Shown one piece after another: positions 39,504 through 50,543 of a stretch of 64,000 nucleotides of DNA. Under the pieces are notes generated by a model. The model had not been told where the DNA came from. It searched no databases and saw only the letters and a list, made by a program, of their open reading frames with translations. This stretch comes from Oligoflexia bacterium (lineage in GTDB: Bacteria; Bdellovibrionota; UBA1018): the NCBI GenBank assembly GCA_963758495.1, contig CAVWVI010000004.1, forward strand, positions 320,001 through 384,000. The letters are read 5' to 3'. How positions within the stretch are numbered: the stretch's first letter is position 1; every line of letters begins with the position of its first letter. The position numbers were made by a program, and so were the translations under genes.

Positions 39504-42218
39504 ATGAACTCAATCCATAAACAACATAATGAAGAGAGCAGCGATCCATACTGGCTTGAGATATCAGCAAATCTCATGTGCTGGATTGGAATCGCAGGAT
39601 TGATTTTGCTGATTGCTCAAGTAGCATCTGCAGATCCTTCGCAGGGAAAAGGGGGTTACTTACCAGGAGCACGCCCCTTCGCTAATCCATTCATGGGTAG
39701 AAACGCCAATGAAGGCCTTCCTCCCAACGGTGCCCAGGGCATTCCTGGAAAGGGAAATTTTTTTGATGATGACGATGACGACGATGATGACGATTTTGGT
39801 GGATTCAGCGGTTTCAACGAACCTCCACAAGCCAATCCAAACCTAACGAGAACTCTAGACAATCAATCCAAATCTCGTGCATTCTCGGCAGGTGGCGAAG
39901 CTAACAGTGGGCCTACACCCATCATTACCGATAAAGGTATTTCAGTGGGTGGATCTTCTGCCAATGGTGTCGTTTCTTCCAATCAGAAAATGCCCCCCCT
40001 TCGTATTGATGATGAGACAGCAGAGGGAAGTAAAGACCTTGTTACGGATTTCAATTTTCCCGATGCTGATATCTTAGACATTGCTAAAACCCTTGGGAAA
40101 CTTACGGGCAAAAATTTCATTTTAGATAAAGATGTCAAAGGAAGAATCACCATTATTTCTAACTCCCCTATTACTGTCGGAGAAGCCTGGAAAGTATTCC
40201 TGACAGCGTTGGACATTAATGGTTTTGCATTGATTCCTTCTGGAAAATATCTCCGAATAGCACGACAAAGAGATGCTCGCGATAAACAGCTTAAAACTTA
40301 TACGGGTGATTTCTCTCCCGACACAGATGCGCTGATTACCCGCGTATTTCCACTAAAATACATCAGTGCCGAAGAAGTTGCCCGTACTTTTAGAAGCTTC
40401 ATGCCAGCCAATGCTCGGATTATTCCTTACGAACAAACTAACACAGTTATCGTCACTGATACGGGCTCCAATATTTCAAAGCTCTCTAAGATGCTCGAAA
40501 TTTTAGACGTGGAAGGTTATGACGCTGGAATCGAAGTGGTTCCAGTAAAATATGCTTCTGCAGCCGAACTCTCCAAGCTCATTGATGCCCTCATACCAGG
40601 AACCTCTACAACCAGCACTACAGGAGGTTCCGGCATGCCACGATTTGGTGGAAGCAGTGGCAGTAAATTTGGCGCAAGGAAAACTAAAGAAGGTGGCATC
40701 ATCAATACGGTGATTCCAGATGAACGAACGAATACCTTAATCATCCACGCAAACACAAAAGGGGCTGATCAAGTTCGAGAATTGGTAGCTAAACTGGATC
40801 AAAAGCTTCCTACCTCTACGGGAGGTGGAAAAGTACATGTCATCTATCTTCAGTTTGCAGATGCAGAACAACTCGCTAATACTCTCAATAATTTTTCATC
40901 GCAAAGCTCAACGGGAGCAGGACGGCCACCTGGAATGGGTAGCTCTAGTGGCTCTTCTGGAACAGGAACAAATCCTAATTCTGCTTCTCTTTTTGAGGGT
41001 GCCATTAAAATTTCTCCCGATAAAGCAACCAACGCTCTTGTCGTCACGGCTTCTCCATCGGACTTTGTTACTGTAAATCGAGTCATCAATCGACTCGATA
41101 TCCCAAGAGACCAAGTTTATATTGAAGTAGTCATTATGGAAGTTTCCGTGGGAAGCAACTTCAATTTTTCATCAAACATATTGAGTCTTCCTTCTCTTAT
41201 TGGTTCCATCACCAATAAAGACGATTTGGCAAGCATCATTTCAGGAAGTGGGACCGGCATCCCCATGGCTGGTGCTAATGGTGCAGTCATTGGATTTCCT
41301 CTCGGCAATCCGACGTCTGTCACTATTAATGGTCAAACGACCACAATATCCAGTGTTCAAGGACTCATTAAAGCAATTCAAGGAAATACTTCTTCGAACG
41401 TTTTAGCCACTCCTCAAATTATTGCGCTCGACAATTCGGAAGCAAATTTTGAATCTGCCGAAAAGATCCCCCTCCTTACTTCAACGGCAATTCAAGGAGC
41501 TGGAGTTTCAACTTCCATTACCAAAGAGTCCGTTGCAGTCTCTATTAAGATCAAGCCTCAAATTAATAAAATGTCGAATTTTATCAAACTCGATGTCACA
41601 ACCAAACTGGGTGACATTTCTAGTCGAGCACTCCCCAGTGCAGTTCAAGGGCAAGCCTTTGCTACCTTAGATCGAACCGCACAGACAACTGTCGTCGTGG
41701 GTGATTCTGATACAGTCGTTCTCGGTGGACTCATTCGTGATAAACAGGCCGATACGGTAAATAAAATCCCCATTCTTGGGGATATTCCTCTGCTAGGATG
41801 GCTTTTTAAATCCAAAATAACGTCTGTTGAAAAAAGTAATTTACTCATTTTCATGACTCCACATATTGTCAGGCAGTACGAGAAGATTCGGGCTATTTTG
41901 GATAGAAAACTTAAAGATCGAGATGATTTTATTGAAACTAATGCAGGAGGTGAAGATCCGTTACGCTCCCAAAGAGACGCAATTATTCGATCATTGCCGG
42001 ACATTAAAGAACTCACACAGAAACAACCTGTCACAACTATTACTATAGATGAGGAAAGTGGTCCTGCTGCCGTGCCTGTACCTATGCATACTCCTACTCC
42101 AACACCTACTCCAATACCTACTCCTACTCCAACGTCTACGACGCCAGGAGCGGAGTCGTTTCAGAGTACGCCAACAGCTATACCACCTCCTACCGCTCCT
42201 GCAGCAGGGCAAAATTAG
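39504..42218 (+). CDS. gspD: Type II secretion secretin D
   Basis: N0 NFPDADI..TGKNFI, N-domains, and secretin motifs DQVYIE and KIPILGDIPLLGWLFKS. Confidence 0.95.
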   Translation: MNSIHKQHNEESSDPYWLEISANLMCWIGIAGLILLIAQVASADPSQGKGGYLPGARPFANPFMGRNANEGLPPNGAQGIPGKGNFFDDDDDDDDDDFGGFSGFNEPPQANPNLTRTLDNQSKSRAFSAGGEANSGPTPIITDKGISVGGSSANGVVSSNQKMPPLRIDDETAEGSKDLVTDFNFPDADILDIAKTLGKLTGKNFILDKDVKGRITIISNSPITVGEAWKVFLTALDINGFALIPSGKYLRIARQRDARDKQLKTYTGDFSPDTDALITRVFPLKYISAEEVARTFRSFMPANARIIPYEQTNTVIVTDTGSNISKLSKMLEILDVEGYDAGIEVVPVKYASAAELSKLIDALIPGTSTTSTTGGSGMPRFGGSSGSKFGARKTKEGGIINTVIPDERTNTLIIHANTKGADQVRELVAKLDQKLPTSTGGGKVHVIYLQFADAEQLANTLNNFSSQSSTGAGRPPGMGSSSGSSGTGTNPNSASLFEGAIKISPDKATNALVVTASPSDFVTVNRVINRLDIPRDQVYIEVVIMEVSVGSNFNFSSNILSLPSLIGSITNKDDLASIISGSGTGIPMAGANGAVIGFPLGNPTSVTINGQTTTISSVQGLIKAIQGNTSSNVLATPQIIALDNSEANFESAEKIPLLTSTAIQGAGVSTSITKESVAVSIKIKPQINKMSNFIKLDVTTKLGDISSRALPSAVQGQAFATLDRTAQTTVVVGDSDTVVLGGLIRDKQADTVNKIPILGDIPLLGWLFKSKITSVEKSNLLIFMTPHIVRQYEKIRAILDRKLKDRDDFIETNAGGEDPLRSQRDAIIRSLPDIKELTQKQPVTTITIDEESGPAAVPVPMHTPTPTPTPIPTPTPTSTTPGAESFQSTPTAIPPPTAPAAGQN

Positions 42219-42227
42219 AGGTTATCA

Positions 42228-43946
42228 ATGACGGAAGACAAATATCTTCATTCTGCACCGATGCTAGGAGAATTGCTTCTCAGGCATACCTCTTTGACTA
42301 CCGAGCAACTGGAAGAGGCGAGGCAGATTCAGGAAAAAGAAGGTGGGTTGCTCGGTGAGATCCTGATTCGAAAAAATTATATTGTGGCTCATGAGATCAT
42401 GAGGGCTCTATGTATACAGATTGGAATTCCATTCATTGAAGAACTGCGCGCGAACGAGATCGATCCTAATCTTGTCAATGCAATTCCCATCAACTATGCA
42501 AAAGCCAAAGAAGTCCTCCCTCTCAGACGCGAAGAAGGTCCTAAAGGAGAAATTTTAGTCATTGCTGTTTCCGATCCTTTTAATCCATCTATTCCAGAAG
42601 ACCTTCGCATACTGACCGGTTGCCATTTAAAGTTCGTCGTGAGTACGAGCATGCGTATTCAAGACGCCATCAATCGAGTCTATGAACGCAGTACCTCAAA
42701 GATAGTCGATAACATCGGTGGAGAATTTGATGATACTTACGATCTCGAAGGTCCTATTGATATTCTTGAAGCCACTGAAGATGATGCTCCTGTTATAAAA
42801 TTCGTCAATTCTCTCTTATTTCGCGCACTCAAAGAAAAAGCTTCTGACATTCATATTGAACCTTTCGAAAAAGAATTTGTGGTTCGCTTCCGAATCGATG
42901 GGCTCATGAATGATATCATCCGACAGCCCAAACGTGCCCACGCCGCTATTGCTTCTCGTGTAAAAGTCATGGGGACTTTAGATATTGCTGAAAAACGAAT
43001 GCCTCAAGACGGAAGAATTAAGATAAAAATTGCGGGCAATGATGTCGACATCCGTTTGTCTACCGTTCCTACAAATTACGGTGAACGTTTAGTCATGCGT
43101 ATATTGGAACAATCCAGTACAGTTCTTCAACTTGAACAACTCGGATTTTCAGGAAAAAGTGCCAAAGCTATCGAAAAGCTGATCTTCAGAAAATATGGAA
43201 TCATCCTAGTTACGGGACCTACCGGTAGTGGTAAATCCACTACACTTTCTGCATGCCTGGTTAAACTCAATAGTCCTACTCGCAATATTATGACTGTTGA
43301 GGATCCAATCGAATATCAGATTCCAGGTATTAATCAGGTTCAAGTGAATGCAAAAATTGATTTAACTTTTGCAAGAGCATTAAGAGCTTTTCTTCGACAA
43401 AATCCCGATATTATTATGGTGGGGGAAATTCGAGATAAAGAAACAGCCGAAATTGCCATCAATGCATCTTTGACGGGTCACTTAGTATTATCTACTTTGC
43501 ATACGAACGATGCGGCAGGAGCGGCGACCCGACTGATTGACATGGGAGTTGAACCTTTTCTTGTAGCGAGCTCACTTCTTGGTATTGCTGCTCAACGACT
43601 CATTCGAAAGCTTTGTCAAAAATGTAAAGCTCCTCATGTATTAAGTGAGATTGAATTTCAAGAGTTGGGAATTACAAGCTTGCCGGAGGGGGCCCAGATT
43701 TTTAAAGCAGTCGGTTGCCCAAGCTGCTCTCAAAGTGGGTACGCCGGTCGTACAGTCATTCATGAACTCATGCTTGTGGAAGATACAATTCGAACTTTAA
43801 TCGTAAGAAATTCAGATTCATCAACAGTTAAAAAAGCGGCGATTCAAAATGGAATGATAACACTTCGTGAAGATGGCGTAGCCAAAGTTTTACAGGGTAT
43901 CACCACTATTGATGAACTCATGAGAGCTACGCACGCTGAGGTCTGA
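42228..43946 (+). CDS. gspE: Type II secretion ATPase E
   Basis: ASDIHIEP, GPTGSGKSTT, EDPIEY, LRQNPDIIMVGEIRD and TGHLVLSTLH. Confidence 0.96.
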   Translation: MTEDKYLHSAPMLGELLLRHTSLTTEQLEEARQIQEKEGGLLGEILIRKNYIVAHEIMRALCIQIGIPFIEELRANEIDPNLVNAIPINYAKAKEVLPLRREEGPKGEILVIAVSDPFNPSIPEDLRILTGCHLKFVVSTSMRIQDAINRVYERSTSKIVDNIGGEFDDTYDLEGPIDILEATEDDAPVIKFVNSLLFRALKEKASDIHIEPFEKEFVVRFRIDGLMNDIIRQPKRAHAAIASRVKVMGTLDIAEKRMPQDGRIKIKIAGNDVDIRLSTVPTNYGERLVMRILEQSSTVLQLEQLGFSGKSAKAIEKLIFRKYGIILVTGPTGSGKSTTLSACLVKLNSPTRNIMTVEDPIEYQIPGINQVQVNAKIDLTFARALRAFLRQNPDIIMVGEIRDKETAEIAINASLTGHLVLSTLHTNDAAGAATRLIDMGVEPFLVASSLLGIAAQRLIRKLCQKCKAPHVLSEIEFQELGITSLPEGAQIFKAVGCPSCSQSGYAGRTVIHELMLVEDTIRTLIVRNSDSSTVKKAAIQNGMITLREDGVAKVLQGITTIDELMRATHAEV

Positions 43947-43972
43947 GAAAAAGTACAAGAAGAGGTCAAGGA

Positions 43973-45196
43973 ATGGCACCTATTTTCGATTACAAAGCAT
44001 TTAATGCCAGCGGAAAAGCTCAAAAGGGCATCGTCGAGGCTGAAAATCAAAAGGCCGCCAGAATTAAGCTCAAAAAACAGGGCTATATGGTCACCGAAAT
44101 CAACGAGAAGACCGTGGGAAAGCCTGGCTCCTCGAGGGGAGTGCCTTTTTTTGGAGGAAGAGTCAGTGGCCGTGAAATCTCTTTAATGACTCGTCAACTC
44201 GCAAGCTTAATTAAAGCCAACGTTCCATTGGTCGAAGCTCTTAACGCTTTAGTGGAACAGACAGAACATGAAAGATTAAAAGTCGTCCTCTCTCAGGTCA
44301 GACAAGATGTGAACGAAGGCTCCAGCTTAGCGAAAGCAACGGGTGCTCATGCAAAAGTTTTTGACACCATTTTTGTAAATATGATTGAAGCCGGTGAAAG
44401 CTCTGGAACGCTCAGCATGGTATTGATGCGTCTTGCGGACTTAAAAGAGGCGCAAATGCGGCTTCGAAGTAAGGTCATCAGTGGTATGACTTACCCGGTA
44501 CTCATGATGGTTGTAGCCTTTAGCTTAATGTTGGCCATTTTTACTTTTGTCATTCCAAAGTTAACTAAAATTTTTGACTCAATGAATAAGCCAATTCCTA
44601 CGCTCACTAAAGTATTGATGACTTTCAGTGACACCCTGATCAATTATTGGTATCTTTTTGTGGCATTCGGGTTTCTAGCATTCTGGCTATTTCGTAGATT
44701 TATTACTTCAGAAAAGGGTCGTCCTAAATGGGATGCATTTAAGCTCAGATTACCCATTATAGGCCCATTAGTTCGAATGGTTGCCGTCACCCGCTTTTCA
44801 AGTACGATGGCCACCCTCTTGGCGAGTGGTGTTCCCATCCTCACCAGCATGGCGATTGCTCGAAACCTTGTAGATAATGCACCGATCGCCAAAGCCATTG
44901 CAGACGCAAAAGAAAACATTACAGAAGGTCAATCTATCGCCGAGCCCCTAAGAAGAAGTGGAGAGTTCCCTCCCATGATGATTCACATGATTGCAATTGG
45001 TGAAAAAACCGGTGAATTGCCGGACATGCTGAAAAATGTGGCAGAAACTTACGAGGAACAAGTAAATACTAAAATTGATGCTATGACGAGCTTGTTAGAG
45101 CCACTTATGATAATTGGGATGGGAGGGGCTGTCGGTTTTATTGTAATGTCTGTGTTTATGCCATTAATGGAAATAATGAATATTAATCAACGCTAA
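43973..45196 (+). CDS. gspF: Type II secretion inner membrane protein F
   Basis: TRQLASLI, GESSGTL, GEKTGEL and LLEP. Confidence 0.95.
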   Translation: MAPIFDYKAFNASGKAQKGIVEAENQKAARIKLKKQGYMVTEINEKTVGKPGSSRGVPFFGGRVSGREISLMTRQLASLIKANVPLVEALNALVEQTEHERLKVVLSQVRQDVNEGSSLAKATGAHAKVFDTIFVNMIEAGESSGTLSMVLMRLADLKEAQMRLRSKVISGMTYPVLMMVVAFSLMLAIFTFVIPKLTKIFDSMNKPIPTLTKVLMTFSDTLINYWYLFVAFGFLAFWLFRRFITSEKGRPKWDAFKLRLPIIGPLVRMVAVTRFSSTMATLLASGVPILTSMAIARNLVDNAPIAKAIADAKENITEGQSIAEPLRRSGEFPPMMIHMIAIGEKTGELPDMLKNVAETYEEQVNTKIDAMTSLLEPLMIIGMGGAVGFIVMSVFMPLMEIMNINQR

Positions 45197-45219
45197 GTTC
45201 AACAGTAGTAGGAGCACAT

Positions 45220-45681
45220 ATGAAAAATATAATAAGTAGAAAATGGAAATTAAACTCCCTTCACAATGAATCGGGATTTACTCTGATTGAAATGATGATT
45301 GTGCTCGCAATCATCGCTCTCGTCATGGGTTTTGTTGGAACCAAAGTGATTCGTCGTTTTGATGAATCCAGGGTTAATGCAACGAAAATTCAGATGAAAC
45401 AACTCAGCGTCGTTCTTGATGACTTCAGAAGAGTTTGTGGATTTTACCCTTCAACCGAACAGGGATTAGATGCTCTCATTAAACCCCCTGTGGGACGTGT
45501 CTGCAAAAACTATGACCCTGAAGGATTTTTAAATAATAAACGAGTTCCCCAGGATGCTTGGAATCATGACTTTGTTTATATTTCTGACGGCAATAAGTTT
45601 GAAATCAAATCTTTGGGTGCAGATGGTAAGGAAGGTGGTGAAGGATTTGATAAAGATCTCTCAACCAATGACATGGACTAA
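45220..45681 (+). CDS. gspG: Major pseudopilin G
   Basis: GFTLIE, YPSTEQGLDAL, DAW and SLGADG. Confidence 0.95.
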   Translation: MKNIISRKWKLNSLHNESGFTLIEMMIVLAIIALVMGFVGTKVIRRFDESRVNATKIQMKQLSVVLDDFRRVCGFYPSTEQGLDALIKPPVGRVCKNYDPEGFLNNKRVPQDAWNHDFVYISDGNKFEIKSLGADGKEGGEGFDKDLSTNDMD

Positions 45682-46300
45682 TTCGAAAGGCTTCACGCTT
45701 ATTGAAATGATGGTGGTCATCGGGATCATCGTTCTGATTTCTGTTGTATCTATGCCAACTATTTCAAGCTATTTTCAATTATCATTGAATTCAGCAACAC
45801 GAGACTTGGCGACCACCATCAAAGAAGCCTATAATTCTACTGTAATTGGAGGAACCGTCTATCGACTCGTCTACGACATTAAAGATAGGTCTTTCTGGGT
45901 TGAAATAGGATCCAGCAATGTGTTGTTGGATACGAAGGAGAGCAAAGAAAAAGAAGACAAGCGTAGAAAATTTTCAAGCTCAATTAAAAACGGAAAAGAT
46001 GCGGCAACAGCCCAGGATGGTTTTAGTTTGGATAGGATTATCACTCGAAAAAAATTACATCTCCCTCAAGGAGTAGAGTACGAAGATATTATGACTCAAC
46101 AGAGTCAAAATCCAATTACGGAGGGAACTGCTTATACTCATTTTTTTCCAAGTGGGCTTACCGAACAAACAGTTATCCACTTAAAAGACCAGAGCCAACA
46201 TCATGCATCTCTTGTAATTAATGCGATGCTTGGATCAACTGATTTATATGACAGGTATATCAATGCTGCAGAAGCTTTTGAAAAATCCAATGAAAAATAA
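45668..46300 (+). CDS. gspH: Minor pseudopilin H
   Basis: MTWTNSKGFTLIE prepilin motif; position in the cluster. Start corrected to 45668. Confidence 0.8.
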   Translation: MTWTNSKGFTLIEMMVVIGIIVLISVVSMPTISSYFQLSLNSATRDLATTIKEAYNSTVIGGTVYRLVYDIKDRSFWVEIGSSNVLLDTKESKEKEDKRRKFSSSIKNGKDAATAQDGFSLDRIITRKKLHLPQGVEYEDIMTQQSQNPITEGTAYTHFFPSGLTEQTVIHLKDQSQHHASLVINAMLGSTDLYDRYINAAEAFEKSNEK

Positions 46301-46802
46301 TGACGGATTTACTCTACTAGAAGTCATTATTGCAATGGCCATCATGGCGGTGGCATTTGGATCTATTCTGGCCGTAGAACAAGGAAGTATTAATGCTTCC
46401 GCGCGAGCGAAGCAGATGAATATTGTGGGAATGCTCGCTCGAAATCAGATGATAGAGTTGGAATATAAGGTTCAAGGTAAAGCTTTTCAAGAAGTAAAAA
46501 AAGAAGAGGATGGAGTTTTTCAAAGTCCTTACGAAGACTACAAATGGAAGACAAAAGTAAAGGAAATTAAATTTCCTAATATGAAAGCCGGTGCAACCTC
46601 TTCTGAAAAATCATCGAATGGTGGAAGTGATGGGGATAATCAATCGGCAGAACTTTTAAGTAAGTTAGTGACTCAATACTTGTCCAAAGCCATTCGGGAA
46701 ATCAGTGTCACCATTTCTTGGAAGCGAGGATCTGGAGAGCAAAGTTATTCTCTTTCAACCTATTGGGTAAATTTAAATGAAGAATTCAAATTTACAGAAT
46801 AA
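46290..46802 (+). CDS. gspI: Minor pseudopilin I
   Basis: MKNNDGFTLLEV; position in the cluster. Start corrected to 46290. Confidence 0.8.
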   Translation: MKNNDGFTLLEVIIAMAIMAVAFGSILAVEQGSINASARAKQMNIVGMLARNQMIELEYKVQGKAFQEVKKEEDGVFQSPYEDYKWKTKVKEIKFPNMKAGATSSEKSSNGGSDGDNQSAELLSKLVTQYLSKAIREISVTISWKRGSGEQSYSLSTYWVNLNEEFKFTE

Positions 46803-47565
46803 TCAATCGACAGCCGGATTCACACTCCTAGAAGTGCTCATCGCGATGGTAATCCTTGTATTTATTAGCGTGGCCACCTATCAAACCATAATTGAAACCT
46901 ATAAGCTGAGAGAGTCGCTTTCTACAGAGGGAAATTTCTATAACGGAATTCGTTTATCGACAACCATCCTTCAAAGGGATATTTCTCTTATTTATAGCCC
47001 ATTGATTTCTATGCCGGCGCAAAAAAATAATACTAATGGACCGCCCCAGACAACCTCTCCAACAGATGACGCTGGACAAAGTTCCACCTTCTGGTCACCT
47101 GCTGTCAGTGATATAGGCGTACGCCCCTCTCATTTTATTGGAACCGAGAATAAACTTTCGTTCATTGCACTCTCTCATATTAGAATTTATAAAGACTCAC
47201 CCGAGTCTGAATTTGCAAAAATCACTTATGAGATCAAGAATGATCCTCAAAATTCCGGTACCGTCATGTTAGTTAAAACAGAGAGCCCAAATGCGTTTAC
47301 TGGAGATGACGTTCAAGATACCTTCAGCCGTTCATATGAAATCCTTCACGGCATTAAAAAACTGACTTACACCTACTACAAACGTGATGGAGATACATGG
47401 AAGATATTAAGAAGTTGGGATAGCGAAAGGGAAGAGCCCAAAAATACTTTTCCAGATATGATTGAATTAAAACTCGAAGTTGTGGGTCCTCAGAAACAGT
47501 CTTTTGAGGGAAATTTTAAATTTAGACCGGAGATTCCATTCAATGGACTTAACCCCAGCACCTAA
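46777..47565 (+). CDS. gspJ: Minor pseudopilin J
   Basis: AGFTLLEV, C-terminal WDS..P motif and position. Confidence 0.82.
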   Translation: MKNSNLQNNQSTAGFTLLEVLIAMVILVFISVATYQTIIETYKLRESLSTEGNFYNGIRLSTTILQRDISLIYSPLISMPAQKNNTNGPPQTTSPTDDAGQSSTFWSPAVSDIGVRPSHFIGTENKLSFIALSHIRIYKDSPESEFAKITYEIKNDPQNSGTVMLVKTESPNAFTGDDVQDTFSRSYEILHGIKKLTYTYYKRDGDTWKILRSWDSEREEPKNTFPDMIELKLEVVGPQKQSFEGNFKFRPEIPFNGLNPST

Positions 47566-48865
47566 AAAATCGATCGGGCGAGACTCCAGTGGCATCGCCC
47601 TCTTCATGGTCATTGCGGCCGTGAGTGTTTTAGCAATTTTAGTCACCGAATTTACTTACATCGCTCAAATTAGCCAAATGATCGCATTTGGTGGGCTGGA
47701 TCAAACTCAAGCCCACTACCTAGCTAAAAGTGGTTTCAAATTATCCCTTTTACGTCTTAAAGCTTATCAACACGTCAAGGATATGATTTCAAGCGTTGGA
47801 GGCGCCGGAGGTTCAGGGGGAGTCCCTGGGGTACCCAAAGCCTTGATAGAGAAAATTTGGAACTTCCCATTTTTCTATCCCATTCCAACCAATATACCTG
47901 GCATGAGCCTGTCCGATAAGACTGCCATCGAAACCTTTCAAAAGGATGCTAATATGGATGGAAAATTTTCCGCCCTCATTGAATCCGAATCTTCCAAATA
48001 TAATTTAAATTTACTGTTGAGTAGCTATGCTCCTGTTCCCACGCCCGGAGCCAGCTCCCCCCCTTCAAATCCACCCTCGCCGGGGGGAGGCACTAATCCA
48101 CAGCCTAATTCGCCCCCTTCTCCTCAGCCTTCCTTCAATCCCGAAGTTGCCCGTACTAGCCTCACTCAATATCTCACAGAATTAATTAATCAAAAAATTG
48201 AAGCAGATCCCGATTCCGCAGACATTTATCGTGACGTAAAGCTAGACGAAGTCGTCGATACCATTGCAGCTTGGGCAGATAAGACCCACGAACGAAGAAG
48301 CTCCTCAAGTCATGACCCTGTACCTATGAAACGTGCACCCTTTTACTCTATTTCAGAGCTTCATATGTTACCGAATATTGATGATGACCTCTACAATCTA
48401 TTTGCCCCCAATCTCACGACAGAACTCACGCAGGGAATTAATATGAATACCATGAAAGAACCTACCCTTCGCGCTTTGGTCCCTGGCATGACTCAAGAAG
48501 AAGTCGCTGATTTTTTTAAATTCCGAGATTCAGTAGAGGTAGACAATCAATTTACGGATTCTGACAAATTTTTTGCCTATATTGGGAAAAATGTCTCCAG
48601 TTATAAGGGGAATTCAGATGCGATCACTCAATTAAAAGACAGCCTCATCAAACGAAATATCATTCTCATTAATGAGGAAAATCAGTTCAAAATCACAGTT
48701 CGAGCGGAAGTCAACCAAGCTTCCCGCACCCTTGAAGCTTGGGTGACTTTAGGAAAACAGTCCGCTCCAGTGCAACAGCCTCCGCCCGGACAAACACTCC
48801 CTGCCGGACAACAACCTGCGCCACCTGATACAGGTTTAAAAATTACTTATATGAGAATTCTATAG
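47543..48865 (+). CDS. gspK: Minor pseudopilin K
   Basis: SGIALFMV (no Glu5), QAHYLAKSG, ESSKYNLN and PFYSISEL. Confidence 0.85.
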   Translation: MDLTPAPKKSIGRDSSGIALFMVIAAVSVLAILVTEFTYIAQISQMIAFGGLDQTQAHYLAKSGFKLSLLRLKAYQHVKDMISSVGGAGGSGGVPGVPKALIEKIWNFPFFYPIPTNIPGMSLSDKTAIETFQKDANMDGKFSALIESESSKYNLNLLLSSYAPVPTPGASSPPSNPPSPGGGTNPQPNSPPSPQPSFNPEVARTSLTQYLTELINQKIEADPDSADIYRDVKLDEVVDTIAAWADKTHERRSSSSHDPVPMKRAPFYSISELHMLPNIDDDLYNLFAPNLTTELTQGINMNTMKEPTLRALVPGMTQEEVADFFKFRDSVEVDNQFTDSDKFFAYIGKNVSSYKGNSDAITQLKDSLIKRNIILINEENQFKITVRAEVNQASRTLEAWVTLGKQSAPVQQPPPGQTLPAGQQPAPPDTGLKITYMRIL

Positions 48866-48875
48866 GAGTCAGCAA

Positions 48876-50543
48876 ATGCGAATTTTAGGGATCGACCTAG
48901 GAAGTTCAAGCATTAAAGCAGTAGAGATGGATAGTGCTTTTGGGCGCTACGACATTCATGATTATCATGAACGCCCTGTGGGAGCAGATCAGAGCCCAGA
49001 AGAGGCCATTATTCAATTAGTCAAATCCTTACCTAAACCCCCTGACCGAGTGGTTGTCTCTTTGGGGACGAAATCGACATTTCGAAATTTACAACTTCCC
49101 ACACGAGATAAAAAAGCGATTCAAGCAGGTGTTGGGTTTGAGATAGAAGATGAACTTCCATTTTCTGCTGAAGAATCTATTTTCGACTATACTGTTTTGT
49201 CACAAAACAAACAGGGTAGCTCTATTCATGTGGCTGCCACCCTGAAGCACTATTTATCCTCAGCTTTGGAAACATGGAAAAAAACAAATGTGGATCCTGA
49301 TGTAATCACAACAGATCCATGGGCCTATCGAGCTTTATGCAATCGAGTGTTTGGCGCTAATAAGCCAGAATCACCTGTACTTCTCGTCCAAATTGGACAT
49401 ACGAGAACCACTCTTTATCTTCATTGGCAGGGAGTTCCGAAACTCATTCGCGAAGTTCAATGGGGTGGCCGTGATTTGACCGAGGCAATTAGCCAAAAGT
49501 ATGGTCTATCACCCGATCAAGCGGAAGCCGCAAAGCTCGATCGTGGAAGCATTGCTCATGCAGACCCTAATGTCCAGATGACGCCAGAACAAATAGAATT
49601 TTCTGCCTGCTTAGAAAACGCGATGGGAGTCCTTCTGACTGAACTCAAGCAAGTCGAGCTCATGTCAAGAAATGCTACACAATTGGAAATCAGCGGAATT
49701 TACCTTGCAGGAGGGACTTCGCTTCTACCAGGACTAGGGTCCTGGTTGGAGGAATATTTTTCAATTCCTACTAAACCCATTTTAGCTCTTAGCTCTGCAA
49801 CGACTTCGGGCGTGACCTATTCAGATCAAACTGATGCTCGTTTTATTTTAGCGGTAGCCCTGACTCTCACTTTAGTAGGATCAGATCGTACGACTTGTCT
49901 CAACTTTAGAAAAGGTGAATTTTCCAAACAAGGAACCTCACGCCAGATTAATATCAAAGCTCTTAAAAAACCCATACTTGCCGTAAGTGGCGTGTTTTTT
50001 TGCTTGTTTCTAAGCCTCATTATACAATCTGGAGTGTATAAAGCTCGACTCGCAGCCACTGATGTCCTTTTAGAAAAGACTGTTCGATCCTTCTTTGGAC
50101 AAATCTCCAGCAGTGCACTCCGAACGTATATGTCAAATCCAAGCACCCTTCGTACTTCAATTAATAAAGAACTCACAAAACAGCGAGAATTAAGTAAGCT
50201 TTTCGGACCGAATCAACACTCCCCTCTCGATCTATTAAATACTTTCTCTGCCAGCATTCCAAAAAATATTGTGGTCGATCTGACACAGTTTCAAACGGGT
50301 ATGAGTGCTACCGACTCATTCGTGACAGGTGACCCGACGTCCACTGCCTCATTTAATTTTACAGTATCAAATCCTCAGGTGGCGGAAAGGCTGGCTGTCT
50401 TAATGAGCACCCGATTCACGCATTTCCAAAGAGGTAAAATGGAAGAAGTTGCATCAGCGGATGAAAGTTCGGGTACTGGAAATATTAAAAAATGGAAAAT
50501 TACATTTTCTGGAAAACCCACAGAGGACTCTTATGTTAAGTAA
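48876..50543 (+). CDS. gspL: Type II secretion protein L (PilM-like actin fold)
   Basis: LGIDLGSSSIK, WGGRDLT, YLAGGT and a TM segment. Confidence 0.8.
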   Translation: MRILGIDLGSSSIKAVEMDSAFGRYDIHDYHERPVGADQSPEEAIIQLVKSLPKPPDRVVVSLGTKSTFRNLQLPTRDKKAIQAGVGFEIEDELPFSAEESIFDYTVLSQNKQGSSIHVAATLKHYLSSALETWKKTNVDPDVITTDPWAYRALCNRVFGANKPESPVLLVQIGHTRTTLYLHWQGVPKLIREVQWGGRDLTEAISQKYGLSPDQAEAAKLDRGSIAHADPNVQMTPEQIEFSACLENAMGVLLTELKQVELMSRNATQLEISGIYLAGGTSLLPGLGSWLEEYFSIPTKPILALSSATTSGVTYSDQTDARFILAVALTLTLVGSDRTTCLNFRKGEFSKQGTSRQINIKALKKPILAVSGVFFCLFLSLIIQSGVYKARLAATDVLLEKTVRSFFGQISSSALRTYMSNPSTLRTSINKELTKQRELSKLFGPNQHSPLDLLNTFSASIPKNIVVDLTQFQTGMSATDSFVTGDPTSTASFNFTVSNPQVAERLAVLMSTRFTHFQRGKMEEVASADESSGTGNIKKWKITFSGKPTEDSYVK

